Origin: Felis catus
Taxonomy: Eukaryota
DNA length: 64,000 bases
Assembly: GCF_018350175.1 (NCBI RefSeq)
Contig: NC_058368.1
Span: forward strand, 162,380,001-162,444,000
Direction: 5' to 3'
The translations under genes were made by a program, and so were the position numbers. The notes beneath the pieces are model-generated. The model was not told where the DNA came from. It did no database searches and was given only the letters and a program-made list of their open reading frames with translations. Positions 13,661 through 26,744 of the stretch are shown here, piece after piece; the stretch's first letter is position 1; each line of letters opens with the position of its first letter.

Positions 13661-14565
13661 TTCCCCTGGAAAAAGTAACTTTTTAACTTTCAAATCATTA
13701 GTAAAATTCTTTTAATTCTGCCTTGATCACTTTACAATTATTTGTTTCATCTCATGTAATCTCAGCATCCTGGGGTCCTCTTACCTGCTAAGTGGTATAT
13801 ACCCATGTAAATATCCGCATTACAGTGCTTGTTACTAGGCCAACTCTGTTCACTGTGTCCTACTTTAACAATGCTATTGTTTTGAAGCAAAGAATCAGAA
13901 CATTTACACGTACATGGAAAATATTCAATTCTAAATATTTCTACATGAATTCCTATTTGATTTTGTGAGAAGGTATTCAATAATAAAGAAGACTGAAAAT
14001 ATCCTTCAGAACTGTATGTCAAGAGAACCTTTATTTGTAAGAGAATCTATTATCTGTAAATATAACTTGACCTTGAGTAGGAGTCTAAAATTAGGTACTA
14101 ATTAATCATATGGCATATTGCATGTCCATACTTCATAATTTATATAGTTACATAGTGGCTATAATTTTAAAAAGATTCTATCAGTAGTTTTTCTACCCAT
14201 TAAAAACTTACTTCTCAGGGATGAACTTACATAAGATACAGAATATTATGTAAGTGCACATGGTCACCTTCACATATACTCATTTTTCTAAATATCTTAA
14301 TTTATAATTGGGATAAGTCCTTCGACTCTTGTTAAGTATCCACATGGAGACCATTAACTATACTGTACTAATTCATGCTCCCTCCTGCAAAGCTAATTAT
14401 AACTAATTACAAGGCTTTCAGACTTGGTCAGCCTTACTTTGTAACTTTAAATTGACAAAGCTCTTTGTTCTGAGGAATAAGTAGGCAGAAGAGATAGGCA
14501 AAGGACAGTGAAAATGACCTGGCTGTACTGTTCTAATAAACCTAAATTATATGTGAGAATATCAC

Positions 14566-14761
14566 TTTTTTTTTAAGTTTTAGGGAGAGTGAGAGAGAGT
14601 GCAAGCAGGGGAGAGGAGTAGAAGAGGGAGGGAAAGAATCTTAAGCAGCCTCCATGCTTAGTACAGAGCCTGAGCCCGGGCTCATTCCCACAACCCTGGG
14701 ATCATGACCTGATCTGAAACCAAGAGTTGGATGCTCACCCAAGTGAGTTATCCAGGCACCC
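14566..14761 (-). mobile_element. CanSINE (older type)
   Basis: Reverse-complement SINE; degenerate TSD ata(t/g)cactttt. Confidence 0.92.
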
Positions 14762-16494
14762 TACATATAGCACTTTTAAATCTTTTGCACAATAGTTGGA
14801 AAAATATCCACTAAAAATCACTGCAAATAATAAATTGTCACAAAATCCTAAAGAGAACAACAATTAGTTCTAATTAAAAGTTTTCAGAAAAAAATGCATT
14901 TAGAGGATTTTTAGTAACAGATTTATAAAGAAATGAATGACATAAATGTGTACAAGCATTTCAGTAGCATAAAGAAGGAATATTGTCTTGTTTTGCTCAT
15001 CTTAATCTAACCTGTGGCGCTGTAGACCTTTTATTAAGAACAAAATCAATGTTTCTGATTAGTATAAGTCCAAAGTCAATGCCATGTGTTATGTTAATAA
15101 TAAAATTCTTTCGTTTATTGAGTTATAGAATGAATTTTATATCTTAAGCATTATGGTGTATATAGTGATATGAAATATGTGAGAATAATTACAATCTATA
15201 CTCTATGACACATCTAAGAAAGAAACATTATGATCATTACAATTCTGATTTTTATTTTATATTGCAGAACAGTAAATTAATGCATTTTAAATTTTTATAT
15301 ATTACAGGAGAGTTAACACATACAAGTAACTAATTTTAAATTTAGATTTTCAAAAACTTCTACAGTCATCGTTTATCTAAAATATAATATACATACAATG
15401 AATCAATTGAAGTGGAACTCTGCATTATTCCCTGCATTTATTCAAAGCATGTACCCTCCACGTTGTTAACTATGAATCCAAAAGTCTGCCCTTGTAATCT
15501 CTTACATTTATCAAATATAGTAATTTGTGGCAAAAAATTTTGTTTTAATCTCTTAAAGTTTCTTATCACTGACAGAATAAATTTCAACAAAGTTAACAGG
15601 GCAAGATTCTTTGGTATCCTCCATTTAAAGTCTCTCCCTGCACTGGTTCCTCAGTCTCACACTCTGGCTGTTCAAGGTACAGGACTTCCTGGTCAATATC
15701 TTCTTACACACTTCCCACCACTGTGCATTCCTTGTTATCTCCTATATACTCCACTCATCATCTAATATTCAGCTCAGTTATCACCTCAACTCCATAGATA
15801 AATCAATAGTCAGTCACTTGTATATTCAGAACACTTTCTATAAAATTCCTATGGGCCTACTACCTTCTACTTCAATTATTGTTTATGTGCTACCTGCCCT
15901 GTTAAAGTAAAATATTCTCAAAAGCCACAATTCTGCTTATTCCATCCTCATGTGCCAAAATTTTGACTTCCTTGTATCTAGAGGTGGGTATGACAAGTAA
16001 AGCCAGAATAAAAGGGAAAATGGGAAAAAATTAAGAAAAAATTTTAGGGTACAAATCAGCGAAGAGAAAATCAACTCAGTGGCTATTTTTGTCTAAAATA
16101 AAATCAAATAGATATATCAAATATGGACATTCAGATATTCTCCCCAGAAAGGCAGGTTATATTTCAACCTCTCTGTATTTCATTTCTCAAATGGACGTTA
16201 AAGAGATTAGCCTATGTGATAGCTGAGGTTCTTGCCTGACTGTAATGTGTAATGTTAATTGTGTCAAACTACCTGTGTTTTAAGCCTCTATGGTTTAACC
16301 TTTAAAAATATATATATCATAAAACTGTGCCACTCATTGTGTTTAATGGATATCCTTTCTCCTACCCATCAAGCCCACTACCTCCCTCTTCTTCCTAAAT
16401 GATTAAATGCAAAGAACTTCAACATCCTTCTTCAGTCTTAGGCCTTGAACATGTGGACATACCTTAACTTCTATGCCTGTTGTTTTTTCTTTTT

Positions 16495-16650
16495 TTCTCT
16501 AACTTTATTGAGATATGATTAATATATAATTGTATAAGCTTAAGGTATAGAACGTGATAATTTGAATATACATATATATGTTACAAAATGATTACACAGT
16601 AAGGTTAGTTAACACATCTGACACCTTATATAATTACCTTTTTTTAAGTT
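16495..16650 (-). mobile_element. L1MA-type 3' end fragment
   Basis: aactttattgagatat...aaaatgattacacagtaaggttagttaacacatc, typical of the L1MA8/9 3' terminus. Confidence 0.7.
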
Positions 16651-17337
16651 ATGTATATATACTATTGTATATATGCATATTATGTAGGGTTTTTAAATTA
16701 TGTAGACTTGACTCAGTCTTTGTCCTAATCAGTCTTTGTAGGTTGTGTGTATGTATATATACACACATAACGTACAAAGACTTTACATATATGTATATAT
16801 ATATGTACAAAGACTTTGTATGTATGTATGTGTATATATATAAATATACATATATATTTATATATATAAATAATAAAAGTGTGTTTGCATGCATACACAG
16901 CTATGTATATACACAGACAATAATAGAATAAAGTGAAAGAAAATTGTCATTCATACATTTTGTCTGGAAATGGTTTGGAAGATTACAAATTAGAACCTTG
17001 AAGAGTAATGCAATCAAACTTTATATGTGCCCAAAATGCAAAAGGAAAACCAGTAACAGATGGACTTGCCTGCATTATACTGTTACAGTTGTGGATCTTT
17101 TCAGAGAGGCATACTAGGGTTATACCTGATAATCAGCTCTTTTTAGGCAATTTATAGATTAATTAGGATATCTCCATAACTCAAATAAATTAATTGCTAA
17201 ATTGAAGCAACACTTACACATGGATTGCATAATATACTTAGATAGTAATTCTGCTGGAAGACTATAAAATTGTTTGATGTGGAGAGTTAGTTTTCTTTCT
17301 CTTCTATGATGTCAACCCAACAGATATTATCTAAAAA

Positions 17338-17556
17338 TTTTCTTTTTTTTAATGTTTATTTATTTATTTTGAGAGAGATCGAGATAGAGCATGAGCAGGG
17401 AAGCGGTATAGAGAGAAGGAGACAGAGAATCCCAGGCAGGCTCCATGCTGTCTGTGTGGAGCCTGACATGGGACTCAAACACAAGAACCATGAGATTATG
17501 GCCTGAGTTGAAATCAAGAGTCAGAGGCTTAACCACCTGAGCCACCTAGATGCCCC
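17338..17556 (-). mobile_element. CanSINE
   Basis: Reverse-complement SINE head, body and T tract. Confidence 0.94.
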
Positions 17557-17936
17557 AATATGTTTCTTTTTCATAGCTCCTGCTTTCCTACTTCCTGTTT
17601 CATGGTATAGTTGGATGTTTCTCAAATTTCAAAGAACAGGACATTTACCTGGGAGGCTTGTTTAAAACAGAAACAGTCTTCTTTGGATCTTTAATCTCCA
17701 CCAAACCTTATGGATCAATGAACTAGAATCTTACAGTGAATGCGAGACACTCTGTGGTGAAATGTGCTTTGTAAATATGAGGTTTAAAACTGTGTTCTTT
17801 CTTTACTACAGGAATTCTCAAGTTATTTACTTTACTTTCTTTACTTTACTTTACTTTCTTTCTTTACTACAGGAATTCTCAACATATTTACTATGTTGAT
17901 GGCTCTTGAACCTCTTATCTAGGAGTGTAGAATGCA

Positions 17937-17940
<4 letters not shown>

Positions 17941-17985
<45 letters not shown>
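17941..17985. repeat. (CT)n microsatellite
   Basis: Perfect run of about 22 units. Confidence 0.98.
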
Positions 17986-17988
<3 letters not shown>

Positions 17989-18942
17989 GGATATCTATCA
18001 ACATATTTCAAATTGCAAATTTCTGATGATTTTATGGCTATTGATATTTAAAAGATCTTTCCTTCAAACAGAATTTAAGTTCTCATAACCAATCACAAAG
18101 CTTTAGTGTTCAGATAAATTTCCATTTCTTATCTCATATTCTGTTAGGGAATTATTCTCAAAATTCTAAAATTTTAAATGCTAATGACTCATGAACATTT
18201 TCACTTTTTAAAAAGTTACTTTCAAATATATTTGTTCTTTTGGTTAACTGCAGTTTTGTGGATTGCCTAATTATAAATATTAAGACAATTAAAATAAATG
18301 TAAATTTCTGACGTGTTTAACAACTGGTACTTGGGCATAAACAGATGGTTCAAGTGCAGATGTTTTCAGATATTTGGCTACCGTTCCTTTGTGGATCATA
18401 AATCATCATTATAACTAAAGGCTCCAGAGCTCAATTAATTAATTAACTAGCTAACTGAATAAACAAACAATAACTTGATGTAAAGTTTTCTTAAAATACA
18501 GAGAGGGATTTTTTAATTAAAAATAAAGTACATTAGTTCTCCATTTATCTATATCCATAGTTGTTTTGTTTTCCCCATACCATTAATACTTTCTGCTAAG
18601 GTCATAAAGTGGTAAAGGTATGAAAACAAGGCATTCCATATCACATTCTGTTGATATGAAGTTATCCCTACATAGGATTGTGAACATACTCATCATAGTA
18701 ATAGCTAAAGTTTAGCAATAATATTTATGCACCAGACACTGTTCTAGTGTTAGTATAGATTAACACATTTACGTTAACATTTTTACATTCAAAACCTCCT
18801 CATGATATGAGTTTCCCTATTATCATCTTATATTCAAGACAAAATTGTAAACGGAGTCTGAGAAACTCAATTTCACATACTTGTCGAATCTACATTCAGT
18901 TCAATGAAGTCTTATTCCAGAATCTGGGTCCTGAATACTTGC

Positions 18943-19614
18943 TGTAATGGTTAATTTTAAGGATTCACTTGGCAAAGCTATATTACCTAGTTATTTAAAC
19001 AAACACTAATCTAGGTAATATTCTGAAAGTATTTTGTTATTGTTGTTGTTGTTGTTTAATGTTTATTTATTTTGAGAGAGAACACAAGCAGGGTTAAGGC
19101 AGAGAGAGAGAATCCCAAGCAGCCTCTATGCTGTTAGCACAGAGCCCAATGTAGGGCTTGATCCCATGAACATGAGATCATGACCTGAGATTATGACCTG
19201 AGCTGAAATCAAGAGTCAGATGTTTAACTGACTGAGCCACCCAGGTGCCCTGAAAGTATTTTGTTGATAAGCTTCACATCTACAATGAATTGACTTTATG
19301 TAAAGGAGATTCCTTTGCTAATGTAGAGGTTTTCAGCCAATCAGTTGAAATATCTTAAGAGTGAAAACACTTTTCCTGGAGAAGAAATTCTGCATGAAAA
19401 CTAGCATCAGCTCTTGACTGAATTTGCAGCCTACTGACCTATCCTAAAGATTTTGGACTTACTTGCCCTATGTGCTTCAAACTTGCTAGCTCCAAGAATT
19501 GCAGAATCAATTCCTTGAAATCAATCTCTTAATATATATCCCCATATATATTAATATATATCACACATATATATCCCATTGATTCTCTTTCTTTGGAGAA
19601 CGCTGAATGATATA
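18943..19614 (+). mobile_element. MLT2 (ERV-L) solo LTR, MLT2D-like, interrupted by a SINE
   Basis: Starts tgtaatggttaatttt...aaacactaatctaggt and ends gattctctttctttggagaacgctgaatgatata, matching recalled MLT2 termini. Confidence 0.85.
19039..19249 (-). mobile_element. CanSINE nested in the MLT2 LTR
   Basis: 16-bp TSD ctgaaagtattttgtt at 19023-19038 and 19250-19265; tail converted to (CAA)n. Confidence 0.96.
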
Positions 19615-21024
19615 TACACCATACTATACAATGCCAGGATATACACTTTTTTCTTCTAATTATCCAAAGTGTGCCCTTATAGGCATGTGCCAATTTCTAA
19701 ATGCTGAAAATTAACTGTCCTTATCATTTGGTGGCTCATTATCCAAGAAAACCTGTGATTTACACTGAGGTAAATTAATGCCTAGATCATGTCCAAAAAC
19801 ATTCCTATTCTCTGAATGGTGTTCATTCCATGGGATACAGAGTAGGCTATTTTTATTCATGGCTTTTTCTGCTTCTTTCTATTCACTAAAATTCTACTCA
19901 TCTTCTAAAACTTGACCTAGCCTTGTGTCCTCCATGAAAGCACTGCTGATTATTCAAGTCACATGGATCTTTTTTTCCCCTTGAAACAAGTGAGTACTAA
20001 TTCAACACTTTCTGTTTTGTCCTCGAATTGTTTTGGACTGTACATCTGGAGTCTACAATTAGATTCTGAGCTCCTAAACCCCACCTTACTAATATCCATC
20101 ATGGATTTAAACAGGCAATCCAGTAAATACATTTTCAGAAGGTAACTCTTAGTTTTTTTTTTTAATTTGATTTATAACAACCTGGAATAGGACTTTTTTT
20201 CAGAAATATCACCCTTGAGTCATATGATCTGTTGTGGCGTGTATGTGTATGACAATACTGTGGTCCTCAGTTGACCATAAAAGCCCAAAATGGAATACAG
20301 CATATATGTAGGGATGGTACAATGGAAGATCCTAGACCATACACTAAATAATAGCCTAAGAATGTTCTGAAGTTTCATTAAGATTATCAGTTACATACAT
20401 GATTCCCATGTTCTACATTAGTAAAATTGTTTTTAAATTAATGGGTATTTCTCATAATCTTGACATTGCTCTTCTTTCACACACTCTAACCACCATAAAC
20501 TTTTAGTACCCTAATGATATTTTAGGGAGTGTGATCATTTAGAATTGTGACTTTCATAATGTGTATATTCAGAGCCATTCATAAATATACAAATTAACAA
20601 ATTTCACACTATTATATATTTTCTGGCATAAATTTATTTGATGGCTACATGTTAAATTTATTTTCAGAGTATTTTACATGCAGAATAAAAATTAAATAAC
20701 ATCAAGGGAGTTTTTCTATATGTTCAAACAAGTAGCGATAACAAATGGTTCATTGCTGTATACCTGGTTTAACTGTGAACTAAGCAACTTACTCCCTAAT
20801 ACAGATTTTCACATCTCTGTTTCAAATTTGCACCCCAGAAAATTATAACTTTTCTACCTCTCAGAAATCTTTGAGAGTATATTATTTGTGAAAACATATA
20901 TGTGTTTTATTTGGAAAAATAAAAATCTAGGACACTAAGCCCAACAGAGGTGGCAAAATGGAAGCTTGGAGTCCAAAACTGGACAAGAAGAATTTTTATC
21001 TTTCTTCTTTCCCTACTTACTAGT

Positions 21025-21130
21025 TTTCTTCCTTTTTTCCTTCCTTCCTTCCTTCCTTCCTTCCTTCCTTCCTTCCTACCTTCCTTCCTTCCTCCCTTCC
21101 TTCCTCCCTCCCTCCCTTCCCTCCTTCCAT
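21025..21130. repeat. (TTCC)n / pyrimidine-rich microsatellite
   Basis: Read directly from the sequence. Confidence 0.97.
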
Positions 21131-21496
21131 ATTCCTTTTTTTCTTTCAACTCCATTATAAATATATTGGTTAAGAGAATTTTGCATAAAATTATATATTT
21201 ATGATTTATTTAGGAAAACCAGATATCTAGCAATATGGTTGTGTTTCTGCATGGCTGGCACTGAGTATAATTTTGACCCAAGGAAAAGCAGTATTCTTCC
21301 ATCAACCACAGTCTTCATATTATTATATTAAAAGTAAGAACAATCATTTAAGTAAACTAGTTGTCCTATATTGGATTCAAAGTATAGTGACAAACTTTAT
21401 TCACATTTTTATTCTGGACTCAACTCCACCTTTAAAGTCTCTCCCCTGATTCATGGCAAAATATATGTGAGATTCTCATTATAAATTCACTCTTTT

Positions 21497-21627
21497 GTCC
21501 CACCTCCTCATCCTGTGTGTAATTGGTCTATAAAAGATAATGTTACTGAAGTCTTCATGCTGCTTCAGTAAAGAGCATCTTCAGAATCACACGTTGGAGC
21601 ACCCCTCATCACCCGACACTGGTAATT
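21497..21627 (+). promoter_or_regulatory. Candidate TATA core promoter with short first exon
   Basis: CCCACCTCC (~21499), TATAAAA at 21529-21535 overlapping AGATAA, pyrimidine-CA at ~21557, donor-like CTG|GTAATT after 21621. Confidence 0.3.
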
Positions 21628-22739
21628 ATAAATTACTACTTGCTTCTGTTTTCTCATTCATATTACTGACAATTTCTGTTAAGGAGGAATTGACAGAATA
21701 GTTTCAGAGAATCATGGTAATAGGTTAGTTGGCATTTATTTTGTTTTAGTTAATAGAAATCCTTGTTTTCTAAACCTATCAGCTGATGTTTTCATCAGCA
21801 AGAAATCTCCACAGGAAGATGTGGTTTCACTGATAATGAGGGTATTAAGAGGAAGAAATGGAAAAATGACATCTAGTTGAGTAGACTGGTTCTAACATTA
21901 AGCTTATGATGATGCCCCTATATGACTTGTCTGTGCAGGAGAAGAGTTACTTAATTTATCTACACAACAGGCTGACAAAAAAAGACCCATTGTGTTAATT
22001 GTCCTCATAAATAAAATCCAGTGCCTCTTTAGCCTCCACCATATCGTTGTACCCAGGCACCTCATGTCTGACAGAATAACAAGTAACTTCACATTCAGTG
22101 CTGCGCACCACATGCAGAACAATATTTTCATCTCTTATTACCTCAAGCCACGCAGAAACCTTCCTGCACTGCAGAACTTGATTCATCTATCTGAAAAATA
22201 AAATACCCAACACTGGAAAGCCAAATCACAGAGTAGGCCACCCATGTCAAACATTTTGAGGAAGAAGTCATTGATTCCCTCTTCCTTATACCTGTTATCT
22301 TGAGCTTAATACACTCTCCAATGAACTTTGACTGTAAGCCTGCCATTTCAATCCCATGCTTGCATGCTGATTTTACTGTGTATTTACCATTCTGTTGCAG
22401 ACAAAGGTGCAATAGAGACAAGTGTTGTAAAATTATTATTTTCTGAATAAAATGGATTCATCTTTTAGATGTCACACAAAACACATGAGCAAAACGTTGA
22501 AGGAGATTTTTTCCCCCAAGAGGACAGAGTGGCCAAGAGAAGGGGTACTGCTTCTTGGGTCAGAAGACTCAGCTCCGTTTTTCACTAGTTAAGGAAATTT
22601 ACCTATGTCACATAACTTGTCTGAGCTTCATCTGTCTTTTCTGTAAATAGAAGGTAATGAGAGTAGTAGTACTAGTAGTAGAAGTAAATCACATAATTAC
22701 AAGAAACAATGTGGAAATACAAATAAAGGCTACAGATAT

Positions 22740-22928
22740 CATGCACATGGGTGGCTCAGTCAATTAAGTGTCTGACTTTTCATTTCAGTTCAGGTCATGA
22801 TCTCACAGTTTGTGAGTTCGAGACCCCTATGGGGCTCTGTGTTGACAGTGTGGAGCCTACTTAGGATTCTCTTTCTCTCCCTCTCTTTCTGCCCTTCTCC
22901 ACTTCCAAATATAAATAAATAAACTTTA
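22740..22928 (+). mobile_element. CanSINE
   Basis: SINE body; TSD approximately aaataaa(a)ggctacagatat on both flanks. Confidence 0.93.
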
Positions 22929-23727
22929 AAATAAAAAGCTACAGATATGAATTGAAATTATAGTCTAGGTGGTAAAAACTACTATCTTTTAATACTTCTC
23001 CATCTGAACCTCTTAGAGTTTTTGTAGCACTCCATCCTCACTCCCACCTAGTGCTGTCATGTTGAATTCAGATTGACTGCGACCCTGTCCACAAGGCATG
23101 AAATCCAAATTAAAAGCTTCCTCTCCTTCAATTTAGTCACCATTTTAGCTGGATAAAGCCACATCCCATTCAATCAAGGCAGATTATTTGGTTCCTCAGG
23201 TAAATCCTTTATTGCCAAGGTATTCTAGATCATGAGTTAATTAAGAACAAGGAAAAATAACAATGATAGTAACAATAATGAAGGGCAATACAATGTCAAT
23301 GTTCCTGAAATCAGTAGACACTGTGTATTTATCTCATATAAAACCCTGTGTATATAAACACATTATTTTTATATACTATCTCATTTATCTTATAGATACT
23401 ATATATTATATATCATATTATCACCTTTACATAAGGTCAGACACTAAGGTCATGACACAACTAAGTACTGGATCTCAGCTACCAGATATCAGTTTTCATC
23501 CCCCAAAGCTACAAGACTAATTCTGGAACAAAAGGTATTCAGCAAGGAAATTCACACACAATGGCTGTTAGTAGAAGGCCTTTGAGAAATTTCCTCTGGC
23601 ACAACAGCAAAGTGATTATCTGTTCAGACAACATAAAGGGCTGAAATAACATTTAGGCTGGTCCAAATATGTGGTAAAGGGAGAATATGTGAAAAATCAT
23701 GGATGAATCTAGAAACACCATCACCTT

Positions 23728-24045
23728 GTATATTAGTGTAATCTACTCTAGCTGCCCTAACAGACAAACAAATCTCTATGGATTAGCTATAAGTTTATTT
23801 TATAGTTTACTTCTCACTTTTTATAGTCTGATGCAGTTCAGATGTCCTTCCTAAGTCTTAAATATGGTTAAGCCAGCTGTGTAAAATGCAGCCCCATGGT
23901 TGTAGAGCAAAGTAAAATGAGGAGAGTAATGTCAGCTACTAGTTGCTTACATCTCAAAGTTATACAAGTCATTTCATTTCAGAGATAGCCACCTGGGACA
24001 ATCTTTTTGCAAGGGAGGCTGAAAACTGCAAATAAGCTATTTCTG
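23728..24045 (-). mobile_element. Old MaLR LTR (MLT1J/K/L-like)
   Basis: tgtatattag...ctagctgccctaacagac...tgcaagggaggctgaaaactg. Confidence 0.5.
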
Positions 24046-24049
24046 CCAT

Positions 24050-24450
24050 TCCACAGAGGAGAGATGGGCTACCTGACCCAAATTTCATTCAGACTTATGA
24101 CACCACACATTCACCAAAGAGGTATGAAAGGTTTAGTGCTCCTATAATGAAATTTTGGAGGGATAGTGCAGGGAAGTCTCCAGAACAGGTCCAAAAAAGT
24201 GCATATAGGCTCAGCTGGTGTCCAGAGTACCCATGGAGGGTGATGGCGCGGCTTTATGGTGGTTAGCAGCTGGGGTGAGAGTTTATTTATTCATAAGGGC
24301 CAGAGCCTGCATGATTTGAAGTTCCCATCCATTAAAGGGCTTGTTCAAAAGCCCAGCATTGTGAAGCAAGATGAATGCTTTGGTCATTATCAGGAATGAC
24401 TAAAGTCTGAAAGGCATAAGAAGAATCCTGATTAGGACTTAGGGATTTAG
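24050..24450 (-). mobile_element. LTR-like segment adjoining the ERV-L internal remnant (family uncertain)
   Basis: 'gacaccacacattcaccaaagaggtatgaaaggttta' resembles recalled ERVL-class LTRs; it lies 3' of the pol remnant on the minus strand. Confidence 0.45.
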
Positions 24451-25740
24451 TATGTGTGGAAACATGGGTGCCTTTGATTTATATTTTCAAAATTTGTGAG
24501 GCAAGAGACTCTATAGTTCTTTACCCTAAAGGAGGAAACCTTGGGTGTAAAATTGTTGCCACTTCCAGTGGCTAGATCTTTCAGGTAGACCAATGGCAAT
24601 GGTCAAAGAGTCTGTAAGAATTATCAGAGGGGGGCCTACTGTTTTCCAGGGCATCCTGTGCTAAGATAGATGCCGGAAGTTTAGGCAATTGGGCTAATCC
24701 TTGAGCCCCATCCTTTATTAGGAGCATCCCAGTTAAGGGATGAAAAGCAGTTGCTCTCTAGGAAGGCCCACCTAGATCACATGTAATGTAATTTCACTTT
24801 GTTGTTCACAAGAGGCTTCCCAGATAGCCAAGGGGTCAAGAAGAGGGGTGGCCTCCTCCAGCAACACATTTGTCAAGGGACTGAAGATAGGAAAGGCCAC
24901 CTCCTATTATGGGTATGACACGCCAGAGGGACTAGGTGTCACTGTGTCTTGTAGATACATTTTTCCTCTAGGCAAGAAGGCCTCTGTGGTTTTGCCAAGC
25001 TTGCAAGGTTCTGGTTCCATAAACTAAGACATAATTGACATCTGGGTATGGAAGGTTACAGGCTCAGGGCCTGTGGGAGACTCTGTTTCTAGGAGATCAG
25101 AGTATATGATCAGCAGTTGGCATTCTAATGGCATACATTGTGAGGTTGAGGAGGGCAATTTTTTGCATCAGACGTCAATGAAATGCATATGGTCCTGATG
25201 GGTGATCCAGAGCCTCTGAAATGCATGAAAGAATGTTATTAAATCCCCTGTAGTGAAAAAGTTTCTTCTGGACATTAATGACAGTGTCTGTTGTTTTGCA
25301 GTTTGGACAGATTCCATAAGCTTTTTATAAAAGTCCGATTCAACATGCACTGAGTTGTGAGTAATGACATAAATGGATGCAAATTTATAAAATGAGGTAT
25401 TTATTGCCTCCAGAACACAGAAAGGCCTAAAAGATGTTGGACTCATTTTAATGTTGTGGGTTTTGAAAGGGTAAATAGATATCTTGAGAACATTAGAGAA
25501 GGAGTGGTCCTCAAGTTACCAAAGAATTTTCAGTTAACTGAAGCTTTGCAGTATGTGTACAGCAATGGCTCATTCCCTTTTCCTTAGCTCCTTTGTGACT
25601 ATTTATATGTCCTAAACAAGTATGTCAAATGAATCTTGTAGGAGGAGATCAGAAGTGTGATGTCACACATGTTCTGGAAAAAGTTGGATGCAGATGACAT
25701 AATCATGCAATTTCATGATTTATAGTACTCTCATTTTAAC
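24450..25740 (-). mobile_element. pol: Decayed class III (ERV-L-like) pol: RT thumb, tether and RNase H
   Basis: Minus-strand translations in correct order: LSKPTTLK*VQHLLGLSVFWRQ*IPHF (~25389-25469), CKKLPSSTSQCMPLECQLLIIYSDLLETE (25081-25167), ILTDSLTIAIGLPERSSHWKWQQ (24553-24621). These resemble ERV-L PTTKKEAQRLVGLFGFWRQHIPH, KALPSSA.NYSPFERQLLACYWALVETE and YTDSWAVANGLAGWSGTWK. Confidence 0.85.
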
Positions 25741-26397
25741 ATTGGGCAGCTGAAAAATACTAGTTGCTCATCAATTCATGTATCCCTTTTAAATAGCCAA
25801 TCAGTCAGCTTTTCCCCAGAATATCCTCTTAATGACTGTCTTACATGACCTTCAAAGTCCAGTATCTGTCTTTTGATGTTATCACTGCCACCCACTGCTC
25901 ACTTTCTACCATTTCCCATATGTACTACTCCTCACTAGAGGCGGTACTTATTTATTTTTTTTAAACCGACTCCTCCCAACTTATCTTTTCTCACCTGTTT
26001 CTGTCCTTGTGACAGAATCTGGCAGATTCTTCTGCCCTTAACTAGATTACAGCCCGTCTCATCTTTCAAAGCACACTTCTCCCAGGAAAGATTCTGGGAT
26101 AGAGGGAGAGGCATAATAGCTTCTCAACCATAGTCCTTCATTCAGTGTTTTTTACATTATTGGATATATTTTTCTGTTATTACATAATCTATTTCTGAAA
26201 CCAATATTGCTCTGTATATTAACTAAAATATAAATAAAAATTAAATAGAAGATAAGTTATATTTACATTTTTCTATAAACTTTATAATGAGCTTCCAGAT
26301 GTATTTCTTGATTTATTATAATAGAAGTAAAGACATATTTTATACTGTAAGGAAAGAAGAAACATAATCTGGAAGGAAGAGTGGATTCCTTAAGGAC

Positions 26398-26744
26398 TAT
26401 CTTAGTTCAGGCTGTTCTCACAAAATACCAGAAACTAGGAAGCTGATAAACAAAAGAAGATTATTTCTCCTGTTCTAGAGGCTGGAGGTATGATTTCAGG
26501 ATGCCAGCATGATGCTCAGGTTCTGGTGAAAGCCTTCTTCCAGGTTGCAGGACTCTGACTTCTCAGCATCTCCTCACATGGCAGGAAGAGGGTGAAATAG
26601 CAATTTGGACTCTTACAAGGGCTCTGATCCCATGCATCCTCATGACCTTATCTCCCAAGACTCCTCACCTCCAAATAACCACCACACTGGGAACAGGGTT
26701 TCAATATAAGAATTTAAGAAGACACAAACATTCAGTCCATTGCA
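26398..26744 (-). mobile_element. MLT1A/A0 solo LTR inserted in a MIR remnant
   Basis: tatcttagttcaggctg...acacaaacattcagtccattgca; 5-bp TSD aggac/gggac; flanks rejoin as a MIR-like core (aaggac|acacag). Confidence 0.88.

Noticed and set aside
17795..17882. Repeat-spacer-repeat (27/34/27 bp) superficially like CRISPR
   Set aside because: Only two copies, low-complexity spacer derived from the repeat, mammalian DNA, no cas genes.
20907..21204. Repetitive ORFs (GRKE/LPSF; also IYIY and VCVC ORFs elsewhere)
   Set aside because: Microsatellite translations.
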